A stretch of DNA of 64,000 nucleotides from Thermoanaerobaculia bacterium (GTDB lineage: Bacteria > Acidobacteriota > Thermoanaerobaculia > Multivoradales > UBA5704): NCBI GenBank assembly GCA_044868005.1, contig JBIOVX010000157.1, positions 8,257 through 72,256 of the forward strand, written 5' to 3'. Shown here one piece after another: positions 27,656-38,882 of this stretch. The notes beneath the pieces are model-generated. The model ran no database searches and had not been told where the DNA came from. It was given only the letters and a program-made list of their open reading frames with translations. Position 1 is the stretch's first letter, and every line of letters starts with the position of its first letter. The translations under genes and the position numbers were made by a program.

Positions 27656-27835
27656 AGGATCGGGATCGGGCCTGTCGCCGGGCTCCTCCTACGAGCTGAG
27701 GCACCGTCCGCAGGAATGTAGGACTGCCTTGGAGGGGGATTGTACCCCAGGCCGCCGTCCGCCGTCTCCCACTCTCTTATGAGCTTTTTTGAGGAAGCTT
27801 GAGCGGAACTCTGAGGACTCTTGAGCAGCCCTACC

Positions 27836-28753
27836 CTACACTCCCCCCAACGTAGTAAACCCGAGGGGAGGGGAGCGGTCACCCGGAGGGAGAGGCCGCA
27901 TTTGCAGTCTGGTGTTTGTAGTCTTGTGGGGGAGGAAAGAGAGCTCAGTTTGCTTTGAGATGCCTTGCAGGTCTGTGCAGCACGGAGCCCGGAGGAGCAA
28001 TCCATCCGGGCTTTTTCTTTCTATGCGGCCGAGCAGGAACCAGCCGGTCGCAAGGACGAACGTCGCGAGCAGCAGCAGGACGGCGGCCAGGAACACGAGC
28101 TTCCACAGCTCCGCGTTGGCGCGTTCGTGCAGGCCGGGCGCGCCGGAGGAGGCCGGCACCAATCGCAGGGCAGCACCGGGGAAGGGCGTCACCCGGCCGG
28201 CGGCCGCGGGTGCACCGGCAGCTCGCGGGCGAAACCGGCTGGCTACTTCCGTCCGCCCGGCCTCGCGCAGGGCGTCGGCCATCTCCATGGCGTTCTCGTA
28301 GCGGCAGGCGGGGTCCGCGAAGGTGGCTCGGGCCAGCACCTTGAGCAAGGGATCCCGGCTGCGCAGGCCGCCGCGGCCGCCATGGAGCGCGCCGGCGAAG
28401 GCCAGACGGCGAAGAAGGGCACCGACGGCATACAGATCGCTCCGCACCGTGTACGGCCCGCCCGCGAGGTGCTCGGGAGGCGGCGGCACCCGCGGATCGC
28501 ACAGCCGCCGCTTGAGGCCGAAGCCGTTGAGCACCACCCGGCTCTCCGGCGTTACGATCACCTGGTCTTCCGTGATGTGACGGTGGAGGAGACCCCTGGC
28601 GTGCGCTTGGCTCAGGATCGCGAGGATCTGGCATCCCCAGTCCACCAGCGTCGCCCGGTCCGGCCGCTCTCCCCGCGCCAATAGCTCGCGCAGGCTGCGG
28701 CTGGCGCTCCACCCGCTCTCCTCCGCTCTCCTGATGGCTGGTGCCGCTAGCAT
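27836..28753 (-). CDS. Truncated, catalytically degenerate Ser/Thr-kinase-like protein with a C-terminal TM anchor (possible pseudokinase or gene remnant)
   Basis: Only the kinase C-lobe is present: HRHITEDQVIV replaces HRDxKPxN, LNGFGL replaces DFG, and PPEHL...SDLYAVGALL is retained. There is no Gly-loop or VAIK region. The TM helix is LVFLAAVLLLLATFVLATGWFLL. The start is uncertain; I chose the ATG at 28753. Confidence 0.5.
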   Translation of the reverse strand: MLAAPAIRRAEESGWSASRSLRELLARGERPDRATLVDWGCQILAILSQAHARGLLHRHITEDQVIVTPESRVVLNGFGLKRRLCDPRVPPPPEHLAGGPYTVRSDLYAVGALLRRLAFAGALHGGRGGLRSRDPLLKVLARATFADPACRYENAMEMADALREAGRTEVASRFRPRAAGAPAAAGRVTPFPGAALRLVPASSGAPGLHERANAELWKLVFLAAVLLLLATFVLATGWFLLGRIERKSPDGLLLRAPCCTDLQGISKQTELSFLPHKTTNTRLQMRPLPPGDRSPPLGFTTLGGV

Positions 28754-28930
28754 GCTCGCCGTTCGCCTCGCCGGAACCCTGCCGACTGCTGTATAGAGAA
28801 GGCTGCAAGTTTCGTGCAGGGATGGCGCGGCCCGCGCTCGCATGGCAAGGCTCATGCTTGCTATCCTCACGGTGACCGGCAGCCGCATCGTGCCTGGATC
28901 GACCGCTTCCCTTTTAGGAGAGAGACCGAC

Positions 28931-30212
28931 ATGCGACACCCACGCCGCGTCGTCCTGTTGTGCCTGCTCGCCGCGCTCGTTGACGCTTCCCTCGCCTCAG
29001 CCTCCGGCTTCGGGCTCTTCCAGCACGGAGGCCGCGCCCTGGGTCAGGTGGGAGCCTTCACCGCCCGCGCCTCCGAGCCTTCGGCGTTGACCTACAACCC
29101 GGCCGCCATCACGCGCCTGGACGGCTTTCAACTCCAGGCCGGCCTCGATTTCAACAACGCCCAGGACAAATACAGCAGCGCCACCGGGACGTTTTCGGCC
29201 AACCACGTCATCCAGTTCCCGCCCGCGGTCTACATGACGTGGAAGCAGCGCAACGGTCCCTTCGCCTTCGGCCTCGGCGTCGACTCTCCCTTCTACTACA
29301 ACGTCGAGTGGCGGCCGGTGCTGTTTCCAGGCCGCTTCCTCACCCGCCGCTTCGAGCTGCGCATCTACGAGCTGCACCCGGTGCTGGCGTACGATCTTGG
29401 GGAAGGCTGGAGCGTTGGCGCCGGCGTGCGCTACGCCTTCGGCAACCTCGATCAGGACGACAACGCCCGCCTGCTCTTCTCGGCGTCCCCTCCGGGCACC
29501 ATTCCTCAGCCGTTCCTCATCGAGGTAGAGAGGACCGCCAGCGCCGACGTCGACGCCATCGCGTGGGACCTGGCCCTCCATTATGCCGCGCCGTCTTGGG
29601 GATGGGGCGTCGTCTACCGCAGCCCCGAGCGGCTCAAGGGCAACGGCGATGCAGAGTACGCGCCGCGCGACGTGCCCGCGGGCGTCCCCGGGCTCGACGC
29701 CGCCATCCGCGCCCGCCTGGTGAACGGCAGCTCCCGCCAATCCTTCGAGATCCCCCAGGAAGCGCGCGCCGGCATCTGGTACGCGCCGTATCCCGAGCTG
29801 CGGATCGAGCTCGACGCCAGCTTCCAGGGCTGGTCGAGCCTGAAGGCGACCGACGTCACCTACGATCCCAACGTCTTCGGCGACGGTCCCACCGTGCACA
29901 CCCCTCGCGACTGGAAGGACACCACCAGCCTGCGCCTCGGCCTCGAAGGGGACATCACGGACAGCTTCACGCTCTTCGGCGGCGTCGCCCAGGAACCTTC
30001 ACCGGTGCCGGACAGGACCCTGGAACCAGGCTTCCCACGCGGCGACGCCCTGGTCTACAGCGCCGGCTTCACCGTCAACCTGCCCAAGATCTCTTTCGAC
30101 CTGGGGTACTCGCTCCACGATCACGACGACCGCGGGGCCAGCAACCAGGAGCCGTTCAACCCCACGCGCACCGGCACCTACAGCGCGACGGATCAGGTGT
30201 GGGGTTTCGCGG

Positions 30213-30229
<17 letters not shown>
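28931..30229 (+). CDS. Outer-membrane transport protein, FadL/OMPP1/TodX family
   Basis: It has a signal peptide followed by SGFGLFQHGGRALGQVGAFTARASEPSALTYNPAAI (the FadL-family N-terminus), a beta-strand-rich body and a C-terminal aromatic residue (WGFAVRWRL). Confidence 0.8.
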
Positions 30230-32219
<1,990 letters not shown>

Positions 32220-32337
32220 TCAGGGTCTCCTGGGCAGTTGACGGGCCGGTGAGGACCCTTAGACATTGTAACGCGTTGGCTCCTGGGGGTATTCGCGGAT
32301 CGGACCGATCGGTCCGGCAGGCACGGACCGCCATGAT

Positions 32338-33963
32338 ATGTATTCCCTCATGGCCGACCCCTCCGGCAACCTCTACGAAACCGTCATCGGCCAGCCCCTG
32401 GCCGGCGAATCTCCCGCTCTGCCTCCTCCGCGGATCTCGGCGGCGGTGGTGCTCTGGCGGCGGCGGGAAGGCGGCGGGCCGGACGAGGTGGAGGTCTTCT
32501 GGGTCAAGCGCGCGGAGAGCCTGCCGTTCATGGGAGGCTGGCATGCGTTCCCGGGCGGCGGGATGTCGCGCTCCGATGCGCAGCTCCCCGTCTCCGGCGA
32601 GCCGCAGACGGGCGCCGAGGCGCCTCCCGCCGCGGGCCTGCCGGAGTCGCTGCGCGACCTCGACGAGCCGGGGCCGGACCTCCTGCCCGGCCTCGCCGCC
32701 TGCGCCCTGCGCGAGCTCTTCGAGGAGACCGGCATCCTCCTCTCCACTCCTGACGTCGATCCCGAGCACCTCCCCGAAGCCCGCCGGGCCTTGCTCGCGG
32801 GCGAGCGCTCCTTCGCTGATGTCCTCAGCGGTTTCGAGGTGCGGCTCGACGCCTCGCGACTCGTCTACGCCGGCCGCTGGGTGACGCCGCCGTTCGCACC
32901 GGTCCGCTTCGACAACCGTTTCTTCCTCCTCGAATGGCCGCCGGACGCGCCCGTCGAGCCGTCGATCCATGCTGGCGAGTGCGAGTCCGGCTCGTGGATC
33001 TCCCCCGCGGAAGCCTGGGAGGCCTGGCGTCGCGGCGACGTGCTGGCCGCGCCGCCCATCCTCCACATTCTCGAAGTGCTGAGCCAGGAGGGGCCGTTCC
33101 GCGGGCTCGACCGCCTGCGCGATCCCGCCGAGAGCAACCTCGGTCCGCTCCGCCGTGTCGAGATGCGTCCCGGGGTGACGATGTTTCCGCTGCTCACCCA
33201 CACCCTGCCGCCGGCCGCCACGACAAACGCTTATCTATTGGGGATCAGCGAATGCGTGCTGGTGGACCCCGGCGCCTCTTCCGACCAGGAACTGGACCGC
33301 CTGGAGCAGGCGCTCGCCGCCGCCCGCGAGCGGCTGGGCCGGCCCGTGGCCGCCATCTGGCTCACCCACCACCATCCGGATCACGTGGGGGGCGTTGAGA
33401 GGCTGCGGGTCTCGCTCGGCGTGCCCGTCCTCGCCCATCCGCTCACCGCCGAACGCCTGGCGGCCCGGGGGATCAAGATCGACGGCGAGCTCAACGACGG
33501 CGAGCGCGTCGTGCTCGGCGGCGGCTACCCGGTCCTCGTCATCCACACGCCCGGCCACGCGCGCGGCCATCTCTGCTTCCTCGAAGAGGAGCAGCGCTCG
33601 CTGCTCTGCGGCGACATGGTCTCCGGCATCAGCATGATCGTCGTCGATCCCCCCGAGGGGGACATGGACGACTACCTGGGCTCGCTCGAGAAGCTCGCCG
33701 CGCTCCGCCCTCGCACGCTCTTCCCCGGCCACGGCCCGGCGATCAAGAACGCGGACGCCAAGCTCCGCGAGTACATCGATCACCGCCTCTGGCGGGAGAA
33801 CCGCATCTTCGACGCCTGGAGCGGGGGCCTCCGCCGACCCGCGGACATGCTTCCCACCGTCTACGACGACGTGCCGCAGCAGGCCTGGCCGCTCGCCGAG
33901 CGCCAGATTCTCGCCCATCTCGAACGGCTGCGCCGGCTGGGGCGGATCGAAGCGGGCTCCTGA
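32338..33963 (+). CDS. Nudix hydrolase - MBL-fold metallo-hydrolase fusion protein
   Basis: The N-terminal half has a Nudix box (GGGMSRSD...ALRELFEETGILL). The C-terminal half has WLTHHHPDHVGG and HTPGHARGH, which are metallo-beta-lactamase motifs. Confidence 0.8.
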   Translation: MYSLMADPSGNLYETVIGQPLAGESPALPPPRISAAVVLWRRREGGGPDEVEVFWVKRAESLPFMGGWHAFPGGGMSRSDAQLPVSGEPQTGAEAPPAAGLPESLRDLDEPGPDLLPGLAACALRELFEETGILLSTPDVDPEHLPEARRALLAGERSFADVLSGFEVRLDASRLVYAGRWVTPPFAPVRFDNRFFLLEWPPDAPVEPSIHAGECESGSWISPAEAWEAWRRGDVLAAPPILHILEVLSQEGPFRGLDRLRDPAESNLGPLRRVEMRPGVTMFPLLTHTLPPAATTNAYLLGISECVLVDPGASSDQELDRLEQALAAARERLGRPVAAIWLTHHHPDHVGGVERLRVSLGVPVLAHPLTAERLAARGIKIDGELNDGERVVLGGGYPVLVIHTPGHARGHLCFLEEEQRSLLCGDMVSGISMIVVDPPEGDMDDYLGSLEKLAALRPRTLFPGHGPAIKNADAKLREYIDHRLWRENRIFDAWSGGLRRPADMLPTVYDDVPQQAWPLAERQILAHLERLRRLGRIEAGS

Positions 33964-33970
33964 GGACAGG

Positions 33971-36238
33971 GTGAGGCCTCGCAGAGCAGTCGGGTCCTTT
34001 TTCGTCGTCCTCCTGATCACCGTTTCCGCCGCGCTGGCCGCCGCCGATCCGCCCCGCCCTCTCACCGATCAAGGCCTGGAAAACCTCGCCGCCTTCGCTC
34101 GCCTGCTGTCGCTGGTCCGGTTCTTCCACCCCAGCGACGCCGTGGCGGCGGCGGACTGGAACCGCGTGACCGTGGCGGGTGTTTCGGCGGTCGAAGGCGC
34201 TGCGGACCCGCGGTCGCTCGCCGTCGCCTTGGAGGACTTCTTCCGTCCTCTCGCTCCCACCCTGCGGGTGCGCCCGCAAGGCGTGCGGCCGGAGCTTCCT
34301 CCGGAGCTGCGGCCGCCGGCCGGCGACAAGGACGCACGGATCGTCGTCTGGCGGCACCTCGGCGGAGCCTTCGCCGGCGACCCGAAGCTGTATACCAGCC
34401 AGCGCATCGACAACCGGACGCCGCCGGGCTACGGCACCGTGGCGCAGAAGGTCGCCGCCGGATCGCTGCGCGGCAAGAAGGTCCGTCTGCGCGCCTGGGT
34501 GCGGGCCGAAGTGGCGGCAGGAGGACGAGCCCAGCTCGGTCTGCGGGTGGACCGCGCCGGCGGCAAGCCGGGGTTCTTCGACAACATGGCGGACCGGCCG
34601 ATCCGCGATCCCGCCTGGCGCCTGTACGAGATCAAGGGCGAGGTGGCGCCGGACGCCGAGCGGATCGTCATCCTCCTTGTGGTGACAGGTGCCGGCAGGG
34701 TGTGGCTCGACGAGGTCTCTCTCGATGCCATGGACGACACCGCGCATGCCTCTCTCGTCAACGCCGCCTTCGACGTCGGCCTCCCCGACCTTCAGCCGCA
34801 GGGTTGGTACTTCCCGTACGAATCGATCCGCGACGGCTACCACCTGACCTCACGGCGCGGCGAGGCGTGCCGCCGCGACGGCTGCGCCGAGGTCTTCAGC
34901 GATGAGATCGCCGCGCCCCGTTTCCCCCGGCCCGAGGAGGTTCTGCAGGCGGATCTCGGAGGCGGCGTCGTGGCCTCTCTGCCGATCGCTCTCTATGCCG
35001 ATGAGCGTGGCACCTTGCCTCACGCAGCGCCTGCTGTACCTGCGCCGGCCTGGGAATCCGTAGATGCGACCGCCGACGGCCGCGCCTCGCGCCTGGCCGC
35101 CATCATCCTCGCGTGGGGGATCTTCCAGCACTTCCATCCCGAGCTGCAGCCGGAAGATCCCGCCTGGTCGGGCGCCCTGCGTCCTGTTCTCGCCGAAACC
35201 GCCACCGCCACCGATCGTGAAGCCTTCCTGCACGCCGCGGCGCGCTTCCTCGTGCCGTTGCGGGACTGCCGCGCCTACCTGCTCGGGCCGAAGAGCGACG
35301 CCCTGCCGCAGACCCTGCCTTTGGCCTGGGAATGGGTCGAGGACCGCCTGGTCATCACCGGCGCGGCCAAGGAGCTGACGGCCATTCATGTCGGAGATAC
35401 CGTCGTGGCCCTGGATGGCCGGCCCGCCACCGAGCGCGTCGCCGAAGAGGAGTCTTTCCTCTCCGCGGCGACCCCGGAATCCCGCCGCTGGACCGCGGTC
35501 GAGAATCTCCTCTTCGGTCCTCCGAGCTCAGCGGTCACCCTCCGCCTCGAGCGCGCCGGCAGCGCTCCCTTTGACGTCTCGGTCGCGCGGGTTCCCTGGT
35601 CGGAGAACCTGCCCGCGGGCACGCCGTACGCCGCCGTCGAGGAGATCCGTCCCGGCATCCTCTACGTCGATCTCAGCCGCGCCGCGGACGATGCTCTCCA
35701 GACCCTGATGCCGCGCATGGCCGCCGCCCGCGGACTGATCTTCGATCTCCGCCGCGGCTCGAACATGCCCGTCGAGCTGCTCTCCTATCTGACCGGCCGG
35801 ACTTTCATGGGCCCACAATTACAGACGCCGTCGGTAATGGCGCCCGACCATCGCGGCTGGCAATGGATGACCACGGCCGTGGCCCACGACCCCAGGACGC
35901 CCCGGCTGAAAGGACGCGCGGCGTTCCTCACCGACGGCCGCGCGGACATCTTCACCGAGACGCTCCTCACGATGATCGAAGCCTACGGCCTCGGCGAGAT
36001 CGTCGGTGCCCGGACAGGCGGTTGCAACGGCATGATCAACCGCGCCGATCTGCCCGGTGGCTATCGCTTGAGCTGGAGCGGACGCCGGATGGTGAAGCGC
36101 GACGGCACGAACCTGCACGGCGTCGGAGTGAAGCCCACCGTGCCCGCCGCGAGAACGTTCCAAGGCATCGCCGCGGGACGCGACGAGACCGTGGAGCGAG
36201 CGGTCGAGATCCTCGAGCGGAGCACAGGCGGACGCTGA
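33971..36238 (+). CDS. Secreted S41-like (tail-specific/tricorn-core type) peptidase homolog
   Basis: A GTG start precedes the signal peptide (FFVVLLITVSAALAAA). The C-terminal region LIFDLRRGSNMP...FLTDGRADIFTETLL...GARTGGCNG...VKRDGTNLHGVGVKP matches the S41 layout. The position I would expect for the nucleophile Ser looks substituted (see findings). Confidence 0.6.
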   Translation: MRPRRAVGSFFVVLLITVSAALAAADPPRPLTDQGLENLAAFARLLSLVRFFHPSDAVAAADWNRVTVAGVSAVEGAADPRSLAVALEDFFRPLAPTLRVRPQGVRPELPPELRPPAGDKDARIVVWRHLGGAFAGDPKLYTSQRIDNRTPPGYGTVAQKVAAGSLRGKKVRLRAWVRAEVAAGGRAQLGLRVDRAGGKPGFFDNMADRPIRDPAWRLYEIKGEVAPDAERIVILLVVTGAGRVWLDEVSLDAMDDTAHASLVNAAFDVGLPDLQPQGWYFPYESIRDGYHLTSRRGEACRRDGCAEVFSDEIAAPRFPRPEEVLQADLGGGVVASLPIALYADERGTLPHAAPAVPAPAWESVDATADGRASRLAAIILAWGIFQHFHPELQPEDPAWSGALRPVLAETATATDREAFLHAAARFLVPLRDCRAYLLGPKSDALPQTLPLAWEWVEDRLVITGAAKELTAIHVGDTVVALDGRPATERVAEEESFLSAATPESRRWTAVENLLFGPPSSAVTLRLERAGSAPFDVSVARVPWSENLPAGTPYAAVEEIRPGILYVDLSRAADDALQTLMPRMAAARGLIFDLRRGSNMPVELLSYLTGRTFMGPQLQTPSVMAPDHRGWQWMTTAVAHDPRTPRLKGRAAFLTDGRADIFTETLLTMIEAYGLGEIVGARTGGCNGMINRADLPGGYRLSWSGRRMVKRDGTNLHGVGVKPTVPAARTFQGIAAGRDETVERAVEILERSTGGR

Positions 36239-36339
36239 CTCCGATCATCGAGAGGATGACCGCGGTCATCCTCACCCGGCGCCCCGTGTTTCAGGGGGAA
36301 TTCGCCGTAGTTCGCCTCAGGAGCTTGGCGGGCTGCATC

Positions 36340-36579
36340 GTAGCCGCCTGCTACCGGAGCGTAGACTCCTGCTACAGCGCGTAGCAGCCTGCTATGGCGC
36401 GTAGCAGCCTGCTACAGCAGTGTAGCCTCCTGCTACAGCGCGTAGACTCCTGCTACAGCGCGTAGCAGCCTGCTACAGCCGCGTAGACTCCTGCTACAGC
36501 CGTGTAGACTCCTGCTACGGCGCGTAGCAGCCTGCTACAGCCGTGTAGACTCCTGCTACGGCGCGTAGCAGCCTGCTAC
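36340..36579. repeat. Tandem array of 12 units with a period of about 20.5 bp; core GTAG-NNN-CCTGCTAC
   Basis: Unit starts are at 36340, 36361, 36381, 36401, 36422, 36442, 36462, 36483, 36504, 36524, 36545 and 36565, with spacing of 20 or 21 bp. The variant GTAGCAGCCTGCTAC is a perfect 7-1-7 palindrome. The last four units form a two-copy higher-order repeat of about 41 bp. The array lies in the gap between two convergent genes. Confidence 0.9.
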
Positions 36580-36692
36580 GGGAGCGTAGCCTTCCCCGCC
36601 GTCTTCGAAGCCAACGGGGGCACGGGCGGTCGTCGGATCGAGCTGCCGCGGTCATCTAACCCGCTGAAGAATCGTTATTTAGCGGCCTATCC

Positions 36693-37568
36693 TCAACGAG
36701 TCTCCCGTAGTTCCAGCCAGATCCCGTGAGTCAGGGATGGCGGCAAGAAGAGGCTTTTTCCGCCTCCGTTTCGCGTCCGATGGGGCAGACGGACGTGTAA
36801 GGCGGCGCGAGCGGCAGCGAGACTCCGGACGCCGACCGTAGCGCCGACTATCTTCCGTCCGGGCATCAGCCGTCTCGATGCCGGCAGGAGATAGATCTGC
36901 GCGTCCTGAAGAGAGACGACCTCAGCGCGCACAGGCTCAGGCGCCAGGACGGTCTGCTTTCGGACGGCACCGCCGAGCGCCGCCAGCAGCTTCCGCTCCG
37001 GCGAGAGATCGTCGCCGGCCAGCCAGACCGCGATCAGCGAATACGCGGTGTTCGGGTGGGCGAAATGTTCCGGCCGGTCGGTGGGCGAACGGTTGCGGTG
37101 AGCGAAGAAGATGTACCCCAAAGGATGCGATGGCGGAAAGTCGACCATGCCGCCGGCGCGCTCATAGCTCATTCCCGCCGCGTCGAGCCGCCGCGCGACG
37201 AGGCCGCTCTCCGGCTCGAAGAGCGCGAAGAACGCCGGACCGTCGCCGCCCGCGAGATGGCGTCGGTACTGCGCCGTGAGGTCGTCCCGCGCCTCCGGAG
37301 CCGTCAGCAGCTCGATCTCGGTGCCGTCCGGAAACTTCACGTGCTGATTCCGGATGCCGTTGTCGTGCGGCCGCCCGGGCTTCAAGGCAAAGCCCAGATC
37401 GCGATATCGCTGCGCCGTCGCCTCGAGGTCGTTGGTGGCGACGATGACGTGGTCGAGGCCCAGGACCGCGGTGCCTTCCTCAACAGTTGGCGGCTCGGCT
37501 TGGAGCCGCACCACTGCGATTACGGACAGCAGGCTCAAGGCAATTTTGGCGCCGCTCATCGGGTTCAC
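36693..37568 (-). CDS. VOC / glyoxalase-like domain protein, secreted
   Basis: It has a signal peptide followed by LGLDHVIVATNDLEATAQRYRDLGFALKPGRPHDNGIRNQHVKFPDGTEIELL, a glyoxalase-like fold. Confidence 0.7.
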   Translation of the reverse strand: MNPMSGAKIALSLLSVIAVVRLQAEPPTVEEGTAVLGLDHVIVATNDLEATAQRYRDLGFALKPGRPHDNGIRNQHVKFPDGTEIELLTAPEARDDLTAQYRRHLAGGDGPAFFALFEPESGLVARRLDAAGMSYERAGGMVDFPPSHPLGYIFFAHRNRSPTDRPEHFAHPNTAYSLIAVWLAGDDLSPERKLLAALGGAVRKQTVLAPEPVRAEVVSLQDAQIYLLPASRRLMPGRKIVGATVGVRSLAAARAALHVRLPHRTRNGGGKSLFLPPSLTHGIWLELRETR

Positions 37569-37606
37569 GGTATCATCTCTGCCAACGGAGCGATCAGGAG
37601 ACCCAC

Positions 37607-37903
37607 ATGTGCCGTAACATCAAGACCCTCTTCAACTTCGAGCCGCCTGCGACGGAGGACGAGGTGCGCGACGCAGCGCTCCAATTCGTCCGCAAGCTGA
37701 GCGGCTTCACCAAGCCCTCCAAGGCCAACGAAGCCGCCTTCGAAACGGCGATCGAGGAAATCGCCCATTCCGCCCAGACTCTTCTCGCCGCTCTGGTCAC
37801 GAATGGTGAACCCCGTAATCGCGACGTCGAAGCGGCGAAGGCTCGCGCCAGGGCGGCGGTGCGGTTCGGCAAGGAGGAGGCGCGGGCGCCAGCAGGGGGT
37901 TAG
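37607..37903 (+). CDS. DUF2277-like small protein
   Basis: The ATG at 37607 follows CAGGAG. MCRNIKTLFNFEPPATEDEVRDAALQFVRKLSGFTKPSKANEAAFE is the characteristic DUF2277 N-terminus. Confidence 0.75.
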   Translation: MCRNIKTLFNFEPPATEDEVRDAALQFVRKLSGFTKPSKANEAAFETAIEEIAHSAQTLLAALVTNGEPRNRDVEAAKARARAAVRFGKEEARAPAGG

Positions 37904-38271
37904 GCCGCCTGAGACAACAAACGCCGCATCGTCTCGGGCTCGCGCTCGATCGCTTGGAGCAGAGCGCGGGCTGGAGCATCGGGTGTGGTGCGAAGCTGTT
38001 CCCAATCTCGCAGAGTGCTGACAGGCAGTCGGAACGCTTCCGCGAATTCGAACTGTGTCATTCCGAGCCGTTGCCGCAACGCCTTGACGGGCGAAACGCG
38101 GCGCATCTTAGCCAGCGCCTCCGAGTCGAGGGGCTGGGCATCGGGATCAGAGAGGGCCGCCGCCAACACCTCTTCGTCCGTCATTGCGTTCACTCGTGCC
38201 CAGTCGGTCTCGCCGCGAGGCGGCGGCTCACCAGGCTTCAGGATCACCCGCGTAGTACCTGTCTTGCTCAT
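37900..38271 (-). CDS. HTH (XRE-like) antitoxin partnered with the BrnT-family toxin
   Basis: The ATG at 38271 gives MSKTGTTRVILKPGEPPPRGETDWARVNAMTDEEV...GMTQFEFAEAFRLPVSTLRDWEQ, which contains an HTH. It lies downstream of the DUF497 toxin gene and overlaps it by 44 nt. Confidence 0.7.
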   Translation of the reverse strand: MSKTGTTRVILKPGEPPPRGETDWARVNAMTDEEVLAAALSDPDAQPLDSEALAKMRRVSPVKALRQRLGMTQFEFAEAFRLPVSTLRDWEQLRTTPDAPARALLQAIEREPETMRRLLSQAA

Positions 38272-38515
38272 GTCGCGTGGCCCTCCGGGCAGAGACGATG
38301 CGGCACGTCCTGTCACCGCGCTGGGTTGTGACAACGAACAGGACACCGCCGACCGCCATACCGATGACCCGCATCCGCTCCTCGCCGTACTCAAAGCGGG
38401 TATCCAGTTCTTCAAGCCGGTTTGGATCCTCAAGCGCCGCGATGGAATCCGGGAAATCGATGCCGTGCCTGCGGCGATTCGCGACAGCCTTCGCGGCATC
38501 CCACTCGTACTCCAC
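38228..38515 (-). CDS. brnT: BrnT-family (DUF497) toxin
   Basis: MEYEWDAAKAVANRRRHGIDFPDSIAALEDPN...RVIGMAVGGVLFVVTTQRGDRTCRIVSARRAT is the typical DUF497 pattern. Confidence 0.8.
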   Translation of the reverse strand: MEYEWDAAKAVANRRRHGIDFPDSIAALEDPNRLEELDTRFEYGEERMRVIGMAVGGVLFVVTTQRGDRTCRIVSARRATRHEQDRYYAGDPEAW

Positions 38516-38633
38516 CTCGGCAAGACTACTGATTACCCGTAGTCATGTCAACGCGCTGGCTCGACTGCTGAGCTCGTGATCCGCCGCCGGATCTCCACCT
38601 CTGGACCCTGCTACGATTCCTCCATGAGCACCG

Positions 38634-38863
38634 TTAGCCTGCGAGAACTCCAACAGGACACAGACGCGGTATTGGATCGCGTTGAGGCCGGGGAGCACCT
38701 CGTCGTGATGCGTGGCGGTCGCCCGGTCGCCGAGCTGCGGCCCGCCCCTGCCACCCAGCCCGGTCCGCGACCGTTCGGTCTGTGCGCCGGAGCGTTCACG
38801 GTTCCGGACGACTTCGACGCGCCGCTGTCTGAGGAGATCCTGGGAGGGTTCGAGGAGCGATGA
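38634..38863 (+). CDS. Phd/YefM-family antitoxin with no cognate toxin gene
   Basis: MSTVSLRELQQDTDAVLDRVEAGEHLVVMRGGRPVAELRP is a Phd/YefM N-terminus. At the overlapping ATGA where a toxin gene usually starts, the ORF is only ATG AGC AGG TAG. Confidence 0.7.
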
Positions 38864-38882
38864 GCAGGTAGGACGAGAGCCT

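Noticed and set aside
36340-36579. The possibility that the tandem array is a CRISPR locus.
   Set aside because: The units are only about 15 nt with 5-6-nt near-identical linkers, so there are no unique spacers. No leader or cas genes are in the window.
38861-38872. An ATG overlapping the Phd stop as the start of a cognate toxin gene.
   Set aside because: The frame closes after three codons (ATG AGC AGG TAG), so no toxin ORF exists here. I recorded it as evidence of toxin loss rather than as a gene.
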